Assembly (NCBI GenBank): GCA_023380755.1 | Contig: JAMCSD010000006.1 | Coordinates: 120,385-184,384, forward strand | Length of the DNA: 64,000 nt | Reading direction: 5' to 3' | Source of the DNA: Patescibacteria group bacterium | GTDB taxonomy: Bacteria > Patescibacteriota > Microgenomatia > UBA12405 | Translations under genes and position numbers: made by a program | Shown here: one piece after another, positions 1 through 9,248 of the stretch | Position numbering within the stretch: the first letter of the stretch is position 1 | Layout of the letters: every line of letters begins with the position of its first letter | Notes under the pieces: generated by a model | What the model saw: the letters and a program-made list of their open reading frames with translations, nothing else | Database searches by the model: none | What the model was told of the DNA's origin: nothing

Positions 1-775
1 AATTGGCCTCTTGGCGCACCCGCACCCATACCCCCGGTTGGACCGTAAAATTAACTTTTTTTTCGGCTATTGTTTCTTCGTCCTGGGTGGACACTCCGGC
101 GACTGATCCGCTGGTCACCGTTGTCACCGGCGCCAAGGATATCTTATTACTCTCAAACAACCTTCCCTTTTCCGGCCGGATCGCCGAGTGTAGCAAGTAA
201 TCAGTCGTTACTCCGTATACTGCCATATCGGTAATTGAATTCTGATAACTGATCCGCCCCACCGCCGATACCATGGGTAGCACTAAGCTAACATGACCGA
301 TTTTGGTAAACTTTTCTAGGCTCGTATCGTTAATTCTATTTTTCACTGAATTTTGAGTCGTCACATCCGCCTGTTTCATCTCTTCCAGGCTCGCCACCCG
401 GGAAACCACTAATCTCTGCAAACCGTATCCCACCGACACCAAAAAAACAATGACACTAATCCCCACCGCCATTCCGGCAATAGTAATCACCGTTCGTGTC
501 TTTTTGGATTTCATGTTCCGCAAAGACAAATCAATTAAGTTTAACCGGCTGATTTCATTTTGATCCCGCTTGTCCAGCATCTCAAAGATTGGTTCAAACC
601 TTTGCCGAAAATCAGTTTTACTGCCCCGCTTAATAAAACGGGTCACATAATTCAATCCCACCGCCAGCGAATAGCTAAACAAAAGTAAGGTAAAACTAGC
701 CAACCGTCCGCTCCAGGCAGAGGCCTTTCGTATTCCATTTTTGGCTAAAATAATTGATTTACTTACTTTTGACAT
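1..775 (-). CDS. ABC transporter permease, FtsX/MacB-like. 5' partial in window: the C-terminus runs off the window start.
   Basis: Manual minus-strand translation gives MSKVSKSIILAKNGIRKASAWSGR... then LSLRNMKSKKTRTVITIAGMAVGISVIVFLVSVGYGLQ, the typical first transmembrane helix of FtsX/MacB permeases. The start overlaps the stop of the upstream ATPase gene. The ORF is absent from the supplied track because its stop lies outside the window. Confidence 0.55.
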   Translation of the reverse strand, partial: MSKVSKSIILAKNGIRKASAWSGRLASFTLLLFSYSLAVGLNYVTRFIKRGSKTDFRQRFEPIFEMLDKRDQNEISRLNLIDLSLRNMKSKKTRTVITIAGMAVGISVIVFLVSVGYGLQRLVVSRVASLEEMKQADVTTQNSVKNRINDTSLEKFTKIGHVSLVLPMVSAVGRISYQNSITDMAVYGVTTDYLLHSAIRPEKGRLFESNKISLAPVTTVTSGSVAGVSTQDEETIAEKKVNFTVQPGVWVRVRQEAN

Positions 776-1544
776 GTTTTTCTTTGCTGGGCATTTCTAA
801 CGTCCGCATTAATTTGTCTTTTTGGCTGCCGGTATATTCACCCACAATTTCTCCGCTAAACATTCTGATCGCCCTTTTGGCATATTTTAAATATTCTAGA
901 TCATGGGTCACCATAATGATTGTCTTTTTTTGGGTAGTATTTAGTTCCACCAAAAATTCCATTAACTCCACCCCATTTTTAAAGTCCAAATTTCCGGTTG
1001 GTTCATCGGCAATTAATAATTCCGGGTCGGTAATTAATGCCCGGGCGAGTGCCACTCTCTGTTGTTGGCCGCTTGATAATTCGGTGGGTATATAAAATGC
1101 CCAGTTTTCCATCCCTACTTCTTTTAGCTTAGTCTGGGCTTTCATTAATCCTTCCTCTCTTGTCTTTCCGGTTAACAATAAGGGGAATGCCACGTTTTCC
1201 CGGACATTTAGGGCTTTTATCCAGTTAGATTGTTGGTACACCACACCCATATATTTCTGCCGCCAGCTGGAGCGGTCGTCTTCAGTCGTGTTTTGATACA
1301 GGTTGTGTTGCCCTAAATAAGCCTCTCCGGCTGTCGGCTTTTCCAGCCCGAGCATGGTATGCAGCAAAGTTGATTTGCCGCAACCCGATGGCCCCACAAT
1401 AATGGCGAAGTCACCCCGGTTAATCGATAAGTTAACGTCTTTTAATACTGGGACTACCTGGGACCCCACCACAAAGGATTTCGCGACTTTTGATAGGCTG
1501 ATCAGTGATTCCATATTATTTCGAGAGAGGACCAATAAATCCAA
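759..1544 (-). CDS. ABC transporter ATP-binding protein (MacB/LolD/FtsE-type)
   Basis: Walker A GPSGCGKST, ABC signature LSGGQQQRVALARAL and Walker B LLIADEPTGNLD are all present. Confidence 0.85.
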   Translation of the reverse strand: MDLLVLSRNNMESLISLSKVAKSFVVGSQVVPVLKDVNLSINRGDFAIIVGPSGCGKSTLLHTMLGLEKPTAGEAYLGQHNLYQNTTEDDRSSWRQKYMGVVYQQSNWIKALNVRENVAFPLLLTGKTREEGLMKAQTKLKEVGMENWAFYIPTELSSGQQQRVALARALITDPELLIADEPTGNLDFKNGVELMEFLVELNTTQKKTIIMVTHDLEYLKYAKRAIRMFSGEIVGEYTGSQKDKLMRTLEMPSKEKHVKSK

Positions 1545-4500
1545 ATGCTTGTTGCAAATTACTAAAGACCAGGTTCAGCGCATTATCTGTTCCCTTAGCA
1601 GTTATCGTCACCATGTCTGATGAATGGCTTTCATTGCCGGCCTTATCTAGGGAAATCGCTCGCAAGTGATAGACCTTTGACGGTGTCAGGCTTGACACAA
1701 TTACCAAATGATTAAGTGTTAGGTTTAAATCCTTTTGTGACTTTTGCGAGTAGTTGTCCCCAGCTCCTTCAGAGAATTCAATTTGAGAGGTTGCCGGTTC
1801 GTCAGTTGTCCAGGACACTAACAGTTGGGAACTGATCTCTTCCGCCGCTCCCGATACTGGTGGCACTGCTTTACTTTCAATCGTTAAATCGGAAATCATT
1901 GGCGGTCGGGTGTCCGTCGCGGTGGTAAATACCTGGACATCACTATCGGCCTCATTCCCAACTTTATCCCGGCCCTTTACTACTAGCACATACCGGGTGT
2001 CATCGCTCAAACCCTTAATGATCATCTGGTGCAAACCCTTAATCATGGTTAGATTTACCTGGTCTTGGGCCGATCCCGCCATTCCGTCCGGATAATACGT
2101 TATAATTGACGACAACTCCGTGTTACTGTTCCATGACACCAAAATCGTCGGTTGGGCTGTATTGATGACTTGCTGGATTTTAATATCTGACACTGTTGGC
2201 CGGGGCAGGGTGGCAAACTGGTGGTCCTCAAAGTCATATTTATTACCGTCGGCATCCTCTAGCTCAATCATGTAATGATAAGTTGTCCCATCATCCAGCT
2301 TGGTCAGTTTGACTGAATACGTACTTTCACTGGTCGCGGTGTTCATGCTCGAAGCGCCGCCATAAGCACTCGTCTTACCATAAAAAATGGTAGCTTTCGA
2401 GGCATTATCTACTGTCATTGTGATTAAGGCACTGCTCAGCGAAATATCGCTTTCCTTTACCGACGATACCGACGGTGCTGCTTGGGTGGCAAATGATTTT
2501 TCATCACTGGTTCCTGTATTCCCATCCTCGTCGGTCCATTTTGCCCGGTAATAGTATGTTTTTCCCGGAGTTAAGTTTGTCAGGTTTATTGTGTGGTCGG
2601 TCACTTGGGAAGAATTTGATGGTTCTTCGTCCTGATAACTATTGCTGCTCGTACCGTATTCCACTTTGGAATCACTGCTCCGGTCGGTGCTCCAGGTAAT
2701 TTTTGCCTTTTTAGTGGTAATACTCGATGCTCCTGGCCCCGACGTTAGGCTGGCGGCACTGGTATAGCGGCCGGTGGGATATTTGCTGGCCGTGGTCGAA
2801 TACGCCGAACAATTATTCGCCGAATCGCAAGCGGTGACACAATAATAATAAGTTTTTTGGGTTAAACCGGTATCTGTATAAGTTGTTCCCGAAGTCGACC
2901 CCACCACTGAAAAGGCGCTGGGTGTGGTGGCACATACCGCATTGGCCGTAGCGCTCCGGTAGACCTTGTAAGTCGCGATACCCGATCCCACCGAAGTCGG
3001 GGCATCCCACGACACCGCCAGCTTCCAATTTGAAGTTGATTTAATCGAAATATCCGATACATCAGTATTCCGTGGTGCCCCGGGAGCCGAAGTGTTGGCC
3101 GTAAAAGTCGCTTCGGCATAAGTGCCATAGTTCACATTACCCGCCTCATCCTTGGCCACTACATCCAAAAAATTTGCCCCATACTGAGTGGCAAAGGCCG
3201 CTGCTGCCAAACTTGTTCCTGTCATCCAATTACCCGTACATAAAAGTGCCGATGGATGGGCATTCACTGTGTAGCAGTAAGTTAGTCCGCCCTCTAATCC
3301 AGAATAAGTTGTTGGTATTGTCCACGAGAAAGCAAAGGAATTATCGGTATTCGTCGCCGGCGTCGCCGTTAGGCTGTTTGGCTCCGATGGCGCGTTCCCG
3401 GAGTATTTCAGTACTGCCGTAATATAAGTGGTGGTCACATTACAGGTGTTGTCCCATGTCCTCAATCTGAAAGTATTTTCCCCATTATTATTAGTTGATA
3501 AAGTGTCGTAGTTACTGTCTAGGGTATAAGATCCGGTGCTGGGACTTAACACATCATTACAATCTTCGGCCCCACTATGGTTAGTGCCATACCATTTCCC
3601 GTCATTAATTTGGTATTGGTAACCCTTAATTCCCGAATCGTTATCTTTGGCGGCCGAAACTCCACTGGTGGCCCAATAAATCGTAAAATCACTCAACGAA
3701 TTTTTGTATGTTTGTGGCGCCGATAACCCCGAAGGATTGGTCGGCAATTGGTTGTCATATCTAAAGGCGGCCACATCTTGGTAAAGTGACGAATCTCCGC
3801 TCCAGACATTACCCGCCTGGTCAACTGCTTTAATCGACAGGTAATATTCTTTTCCCGATGTTAACGTTAATCCAGCAATATTACCCACATTTAAAGAATT
3901 ATAGGTGGTCATGAACGGGCAGTATGTTTGCACTATGCCATCATCTAATCCCGCCAAAGCCCCGCCGGTGGTGGCTGGGTCCAAATGGGTCGAGGTCCCG
4001 GTAGAGCCGCTCCCGATAGTCGTGGCCTCCAACGCCAAACAATAGCCAAAAATACCGCTGCCGCCGCCATTATCGGCGCCGGCTGTCCAGGTTATTGTCG
4101 GGGCGGCGTTCAGCCAATCACCGCTGCTGTGTCCACTCACCCCCACTCCGCTGGCATTGGTTGTCGGCCGGGTTAGGTCCACTACCAAGCTGGCTGTCTG
4201 ATAATTTCCCGCACTGGTTGTGTTCCCGTTACTATCTGTCGCTCGAAAATAAACTGTATATGACCCTTCGGTTAATGCCGGCGACACCGTACAACTAAAA
4301 CTCACCGGACTTGTATTAAAGGAGCCGCTACAATTCGCCCAGCCGCCGCTCGTTGTTGCTCCCACCTGGTAATCCACCATGCTCACCGTTCCATAATCAT
4401 CTGTTGCTGTCCCGGTAAATGTCGGGGTACTGTCGTTGGTCGGTGTAGTCTCGCCAATGGCGGAAATGGTTGGCGGCGTATTGTCATGGCTAATAAATAT

Positions 4501-6012
4501 TTCCGTACTATCAGTACTGATCGTTCCTAAGTATTGGAACAAAAGAATATCGGTGGTGATTCTTGATTCGATTGGGGTTGTCGAATAGGTTCCCGAAGTT
4601 AGCCGTCCCCGCACATAAAACAGAGTCCGGCCGCTATTGAGGCTCGTTGCCGTCCAACTAGTCGGATCACTGCTCCAATAAACCGTTCCCGAAGTTGTCA
4701 GATTACTCACCCCGGTTACCGTTTCCGATACTCCCAGTCCCGCCCAGGCAGCACCGTTCCAGTATTCCCAAGTTATTGTCGGACTCGAGCCGCTGCCGTT
4801 TCGGTTCAAGTTAATATTAATACCCCGGAATTTCGACGTTGATCCAAAAGCAATATAATCCTGATTACCGGCAAAACTAATCGTATAATTTTTCGTAGCG
4901 CTATTTAAATATTCGTTATCCGATCCGGTATACCCGGCATCTGCCAGCTGAGTATAAACACTGCCGGAGTTGGCATAAAACCACGCCTCCGAGAAGGGGA
5001 GAATGTCATCGTTATAATTAGTTCCTTTGGTTTGAGTTACCCCGCCCACCGTTACCTGGGCCGGATCATCTTGCGACCGCCAATTTCTAATCTTAAAAGC
5101 CGGATCCAGCCGGTTATAAGTTCCGCCGTTTATTGTCAAATCAATTTGGATGTTATCCGCATTTAGAACGTAAGCCCCCTCTTGTTCATTAAAAAAGTCA
5201 CTGGTTCCCACCGAATATTCATTAGCATCAAACCAGCCGCTTCCTTTGGATAGTGAACCGCTGAAATCTGCTGGATTGCGGTAGTCTTGCATGTTGCTGG
5301 TTACCGTGCTGGCGGTCGACCGGTAATGTGACAAATCAAACAACACTGTTCCCGAGGTTCCCGTATTTTTTACCCATCCGTACCCTGACGAATGAATGCC
5401 GTCATCACCCCACCCGCCGTTCCCAAAATCATTCGGAGTCCAAGCTTCAATGTTAATTCCGGCAAAGTTATTGTTAGTCGTATCGCTTAATAGCCAGGTC
5501 TGATTAGTTCCATCAAATGTTTGCACTTGTGGAGCATTACTTGTTACCCCCACTTCTTCAGCTAAGTTGTAGTAATAAGTCCCGTTCCACCACATATGGA
5601 CGTAGCTTTTGGCGTCTCCCCAGGTCACCCACGAAACGCCTTGATTGGCATTAGAATTCAGGATTTTGGCCCTTGTCGGAGTCGACTCCAGCAGTTGAAA
5701 AGCTGTTGGTGTCTGTTGGGCCCAAAACCCGGCCAGGTTATCATGGTTATCTCCGCATGATCCGCTATTGCCCACCAAAGGAGTTTGGCCGTTATTAATT
5801 GAGGTGTGATACAGCTGTTTTCCAAAAGCCACATCGCAGTTTTTGGTCACTAACTTAACCGTCCCATTATCGGTGGTAATTGAGGTCGCATCTCGCGTAA
5901 TTGTTAACGAGGCTGCCTCCACCCCCCTAGGTAATACTAGCAAAAATATCCCTATCCATAGGCATAAAAATTTCCCAATTCCGCGCTTAATACTCACATT
6001 TACATCATACAA
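1516..6012 (-). CDS. Giant secreted or surface protein (1498 aa) made of repeated FN3/Ig-like beta-sandwich modules
   Basis: N-terminal signal peptide (LCLWIGIFLLVLPRGVEAAS). The composition is rich in Thr, Ser, Asn and Gly with repeated about 100-aa units carrying FN3-like motifs (KTYYYRAKWTDEDGNTGTS, TYHYMIELEDADGN, RYVLVVKGRDKVGN). It sits directly upstream of the ABC exporter genes and overlaps them. Confidence 0.6.
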   Translation of the reverse strand: MYDVNVSIKRGIGKFLCLWIGIFLLVLPRGVEAASLTITRDATSITTDNGTVKLVTKNCDVAFGKQLYHTSINNGQTPLVGNSGSCGDNHDNLAGFWAQQTPTAFQLLESTPTRAKILNSNANQGVSWVTWGDAKSYVHMWWNGTYYYNLAEEVGVTSNAPQVQTFDGTNQTWLLSDTTNNNFAGINIEAWTPNDFGNGGWGDDGIHSSGYGWVKNTGTSGTVLFDLSHYRSTASTVTSNMQDYRNPADFSGSLSKGSGWFDANEYSVGTSDFFNEQEGAYVLNADNIQIDLTINGGTYNRLDPAFKIRNWRSQDDPAQVTVGGVTQTKGTNYNDDILPFSEAWFYANSGSVYTQLADAGYTGSDNEYLNSATKNYTISFAGNQDYIAFGSTSKFRGININLNRNGSGSSPTITWEYWNGAAWAGLGVSETVTGVSNLTTSGTVYWSSDPTSWTATSLNSGRTLFYVRGRLTSGTYSTTPIESRITTDILLFQYLGTISTDSTEIFISHDNTPPTISAIGETTPTNDSTPTFTGTATDDYGTVSMVDYQVGATTSGGWANCSGSFNTSPVSFSCTVSPALTEGSYTVYFRATDSNGNTTSAGNYQTASLVVDLTRPTTNASGVGVSGHSSGDWLNAAPTITWTAGADNGGGSGIFGYCLALEATTIGSGSTGTSTHLDPATTGGALAGLDDGIVQTYCPFMTTYNSLNVGNIAGLTLTSGKEYYLSIKAVDQAGNVWSGDSSLYQDVAAFRYDNQLPTNPSGLSAPQTYKNSLSDFTIYWATSGVSAAKDNDSGIKGYQYQINDGKWYGTNHSGAEDCNDVLSPSTGSYTLDSNYDTLSTNNNGENTFRLRTWDNTCNVTTTYITAVLKYSGNAPSEPNSLTATPATNTDNSFAFSWTIPTTYSGLEGGLTYCYTVNAHPSALLCTGNWMTGTSLAAAAFATQYGANFLDVVAKDEAGNVNYGTYAEATFTANTSAPGAPRNTDVSDISIKSTSNWKLAVSWDAPTSVGSGIATYKVYRSATANAVCATTPSAFSVVGSTSGTTYTDTGLTQKTYYYCVTACDSANNCSAYSTTASKYPTGRYTSAASLTSGPGASSITTKKAKITWSTDRSSDSKVEYGTSSNSYQDEEPSNSSQVTDHTINLTNLTPGKTYYYRAKWTDEDGNTGTSDEKSFATQAAPSVSSVKESDISLSSALITMTVDNASKATIFYGKTSAYGGASSMNTATSESTYSVKLTKLDDGTTYHYMIELEDADGNKYDFEDHQFATLPRPTVSDIKIQQVINTAQPTILVSWNSNTELSSIITYYPDGMAGSAQDQVNLTMIKGLHQMIIKGLSDDTRYVLVVKGRDKVGNEADSDVQVFTTATDTRPPMISDLTIESKAVPPVSGAAEEISSQLLVSWTTDEPATSQIEFSEGAGDNYSQKSQKDLNLTLNHLVIVSSLTPSKVYHLRAISLDKAGNESHSSDMVTITAKGTDNALNLVFSNLQQAFGFIGPLSK

Positions 6013-6055
6013 TATTCATCGTGTTAATTGTTAAGTAAAAGCCTAAAATCCCAGT

Positions 6056-7138
6056 TTACTTAATATTCCAAATTCCCGGGTCCTCGCCTCCCAGCCGCCA
6101 GATAATAAAATTAGTCAACCCATAACTTTTTGCAATCTTCACCTTCACCTCCATGCTCGTCGCATCCTCAAACCACACCGTATGTGGCGTTAGCTTATCC
6201 CAGTAACTGGCCACCAATTCGGCGGAGTCCGGATCCCGCTGGTTTGATACTTTTAAATTTTTAAGCCGTTGGATCATTTGGTCATATTGCAGCGCTTCTC
6301 CTTTACTGTTCACCCAATCATAGCCATAAGTGGGTAGTCCGACGATTATTTTTTCTTTCGGAATTTGCGCCGTGGCCATCTCTAAGGCCTTTTCGTATTC
6401 GGGGAGGGGGCTGATCGGCCCGGCGCTAGAGGTGTTGTCATGCCAATCGTAAGCCATTAACCTAATTTGGTCGGCTGACTGGCTTAAAGACGGCCAGTCC
6501 TCCGCTGCCGAGGTTGGGTTATCTGACGGCAGCCCCGTTTTGGCTTGGACGGTCACTGACAACTGCATATTTTGCTGGTGTAATTTATCTGCCAGCTCCT
6601 TTACGAAATCACTAAAGCCCTGCTGGTCTCCCGGGTACATTTCTTCCCAGTCAATATCCCAACCCTTATAACCTTGGGCTTGGGCAGTCGCTACCAAGTT
6701 ATCTGTCAACTGGCTCTGCCAATCCTGATTATCCAGCAGTTTCGATACTGCCTCCGGATCAAAGTTGTTGGTAATAGTCGGCATCAGGTCAATTCCTCGC
6801 CCCAACGCCGCCTCCTTAATTTGTTGTTTGTAAGAAGCATTCGGGATTTCGGTCATTTTCCCGCCAGCCGATAACTGGTACCACATCGGGCTTATCACCT
6901 TCATTTTTCCGTTGCTTTGGTTTAATGAGTTAATCGCTTTTTGGCCATCCCACCAGGCTATCCAGGCGGAAATTGTCACCGGCTGGTTGTCTGCCTTCTG
7001 GATAGCGGCGGCTTTTTCCTTCAGCACGTCCTGGTAAGTTTTCCCTGGATTATTCACTATTTCTCCCGGCTTTTTCCATAAGGTTATCCCGACTGCCACT
7101 AGTATCCCGACTAAAATTAAAAATCCGGTATATTTCAT
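6056..7138 (-). CDS. Glycoside hydrolase family 18-like protein, membrane-anchored
   Basis: N-terminal TM segment and a GH18 catalytic-region motif WDIDWEE (DxDWE). Overall length is as expected for a GH18 (beta/alpha)8 barrel. Confidence 0.5.
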   Translation of the reverse strand: MKYTGFLILVGILVAVGITLWKKPGEIVNNPGKTYQDVLKEKAAAIQKADNQPVTISAWIAWWDGQKAINSLNQSNGKMKVISPMWYQLSAGGKMTEIPNASYKQQIKEAALGRGIDLMPTITNNFDPEAVSKLLDNQDWQSQLTDNLVATAQAQGYKGWDIDWEEMYPGDQQGFSDFVKELADKLHQQNMQLSVTVQAKTGLPSDNPTSAAEDWPSLSQSADQIRLMAYDWHDNTSSAGPISPLPEYEKALEMATAQIPKEKIIVGLPTYGYDWVNSKGEALQYDQMIQRLKNLKVSNQRDPDSAELVASYWDKLTPHTVWFEDATSMEVKVKIAKSYGLTNFIIWRLGGEDPGIWNIK

Positions 7139-7236
7139 TTTTTTATAATTACTTTCTTAATTTTACTCAACCCCAAAATTACTAGGTGAACAAAAACCGT
7201 AAAACTATTTAATGGTGAAGTAATTGTGGCCATATT

Positions 7237-8298
7237 TTAATTTGGAGTATACCGGGTGGCTTTGTTCCATCCGGTTTTGTAATCAATTGAAAAAACAATT
7301 TTAAAAAAACTTTTTAAAAAAATTAAACAAGCCAAAAACCGCGCTACATAAAATAAAGGAATATATAAAAATATTTTTCCCGTCCGGTGCCGCCAGGCAG
7401 TCAACGCCATTGTCGGCAATAAAAATAAAAACAAATCAATTGCGGCGGGGATTATTAATAAATATGGATGTTTGTCCATCGCAAAAGGAATTACTAGCAA
7501 AAAAGCTAACATCAGCACCCCGTTATATAAACCCTCTAATGCTAACATCGCCACCTCCGCATCCAGCGCCTGGCCGCCCCAGGGAACGTTGTTTTTAATG
7601 ATGCACTGCCAAAAGCCGGTATACCAGCGGTCAATTTGTTTACAAAAATCTTTTAAGGTCTTCGGGTCTTGGGTCACTACTGTCGCCTTGCCTGTAAAAA
7701 CAATCCTCCCCAAGCACTTCCGGTGAATTTGGAAGGTCATATCCATATCCTCGGTTAGGGTACCGGTGGGAATTGGCAGTGTCTTAAAGATTTCTGACCG
7801 GTAAATCGTGGCGCACCCCGGGCAGACAATAATGGCATTTTCGACCGACTGGGCCGCTTTGTGGATGGTTTGGGCAATTTCATATTCCCACAAGCGGAAA
7901 GTAGTCACCCAGCTATGGCTTTTCCCAATCACTTTCCCCACGGCGCAGGCCACTTTTTTATTAGTATCTTTTTCAAAGATAGCCATTAAATTATTGACAA
8001 AATCTTTGGTGATTTTCGTATCGGCATCCATTGGCAATAGGTATTCATAGCGCTCTGTCAGCTTAAATTGTTCGATAGCAGCGTTCATGGCTTTCGCTTT
8101 TCCCCGATTCGGATGTAGGGGAAGTACATGTTGGGTAAAATTAGCCGCAATCGTTTCAGTCTTATCGGTTGACCCATCCGAAACCACGTAAACATCATCC
8201 GCCGCGAAAACTTCCAGCAGTGATTTTAGTGTCTCGGCAATCACTCCCTCCTCGTTGTGTGCCGGCACTAGAGCAGCTAATTTCTTTTTGGTTGTCAT
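7237..8298 (-). CDS. Processive family-2 glycosyltransferase (PgaC/IcaA or chitin/cellulose-synthase-like) with C-terminal TM segments
   Basis: GT2 N-terminus AALVPAHNEEGVI...VYVVSDGSTDKT, DxD-type motifs, a QxxRW-like motif (KQIDRWYTGFWQ) and hydrophobic C-terminal helices. Confidence 0.7.
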   Translation of the reverse strand: MTTKKKLAALVPAHNEEGVIAETLKSLLEVFAADDVYVVSDGSTDKTETIAANFTQHVLPLHPNRGKAKAMNAAIEQFKLTERYEYLLPMDADTKITKDFVNNLMAIFEKDTNKKVACAVGKVIGKSHSWVTTFRLWEYEIAQTIHKAAQSVENAIIVCPGCATIYRSEIFKTLPIPTGTLTEDMDMTFQIHRKCLGRIVFTGKATVVTQDPKTLKDFCKQIDRWYTGFWQCIIKNNVPWGGQALDAEVAMLALEGLYNGVLMLAFLLVIPFAMDKHPYLLIIPAAIDLFLFLLPTMALTAWRHRTGKIFLYIPLFYVARFLACLIFLKSFFKIVFSIDYKTGWNKATRYTPN

Positions 8299-9245
8299 AG
8301 GCCATTAAAATTTTGCGACGGAGTTGTTTCCGGAGTAATGGTTGGCGTTAATGTCTCGGTTGGCATTGGGGTGCCGGTCCCGACTGTCGGTGTCAATGGC
8401 GCGGCGACTTGTAACTCCAAGGCTTGGGTGGGCAAGACTACTTGCAATCCTGAATTGGCCACCTCATCCATCATCGTGGTAAATTTATCGATACTCGTCG
8501 CATATTTAGATTGGTCATTTTGGATTTGGTGGAATACTATAATCACCCATTGTTTCTTGTTCCTCGCTGTTGCCAACCACGAAGCCACATCTGCCGGCGT
8601 CGTATTCCATTCGACAGCTTGCACCTTTAGCCCATATGGATCCGTCACCGGCAGGTCATTATAACCATCACCCGATGTCCGCAGCGATAAGTAATCTTCC
8701 TTCGCTGTATTAATAATGTTGGGAGTGTTTACCCCGCAAGGGGAAACAAAATTGTTAGCAATAATACCGTGGTTCTTAAGATCCACCTTTGCCCCTCCGA
8801 GCTCCTCGCTGACATAAGCATCTGTCATATCTGTGGGGTTACAGGAATGGTTTCTGGTGTGAGAGGTGATTTCCCAGCCCTTGTGGGACAGCATTCTGAT
8901 TTGGCTCCAGCTCATATAATCGGGATCTCCCACTAATCCTGTCGGTACTGCCAAAGTGGCTTTCAGGTGTCTAGCCTCCAGAATTGGGTAGGCCACCCCG
9001 AACTGGGAATTCCAAGCATCATCAAATCCAATAGTCACCAACCCTTGGCCGTTCCATTTAATAGGTTGGATATTTTCATCAATTACGTCCGTTGCTGATT
9101 GTATTTGAGCCTGACTTTCTTTGGGATTATTTTCTGTCTGCCATTTTGTCTGCCGGTTTAGACCAATCAGATAATTAGTGCTCAACCACACCAGTACTAC
9201 CGGAATCACCAACCAGCTAATAAAAAAGATACGGTTATTATTCAT
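8295..9245 (-). CDS. Polysaccharide deacetylase (CE4, NodB-homology) with TM anchor and Pro/Thr-rich C-terminal tail
   Basis: NodB motifs GFDDAW and SHTRNH are present, with an N-terminal TM segment. The 4-nt overlap with the GT2 gene indicates translational coupling. Confidence 0.7.
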   Translation of the reverse strand: MNNNRIFFISWLVIPVVLVWLSTNYLIGLNRQTKWQTENNPKESQAQIQSATDVIDENIQPIKWNGQGLVTIGFDDAWNSQFGVAYPILEARHLKATLAVPTGLVGDPDYMSWSQIRMLSHKGWEITSHTRNHSCNPTDMTDAYVSEELGGAKVDLKNHGIIANNFVSPCGVNTPNIINTAKEDYLSLRTSGDGYNDLPVTDPYGLKVQAVEWNTTPADVASWLATARNKKQWVIIVFHQIQNDQSKYATSIDKFTTMMDEVANSGLQVVLPTQALELQVAAPLTPTVGTGTPMPTETLTPTITPETTPSQNFNGL

Positions 9246-9248
9246 AAT

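Noticed and set aside
3-200. Plus-strand ORF of 65 aa at the window start
   Set aside because: It lies antisense within the clear FtsX-like permease ORF on the minus strand, has no ribosome-binding site, and has a low-complexity translation.
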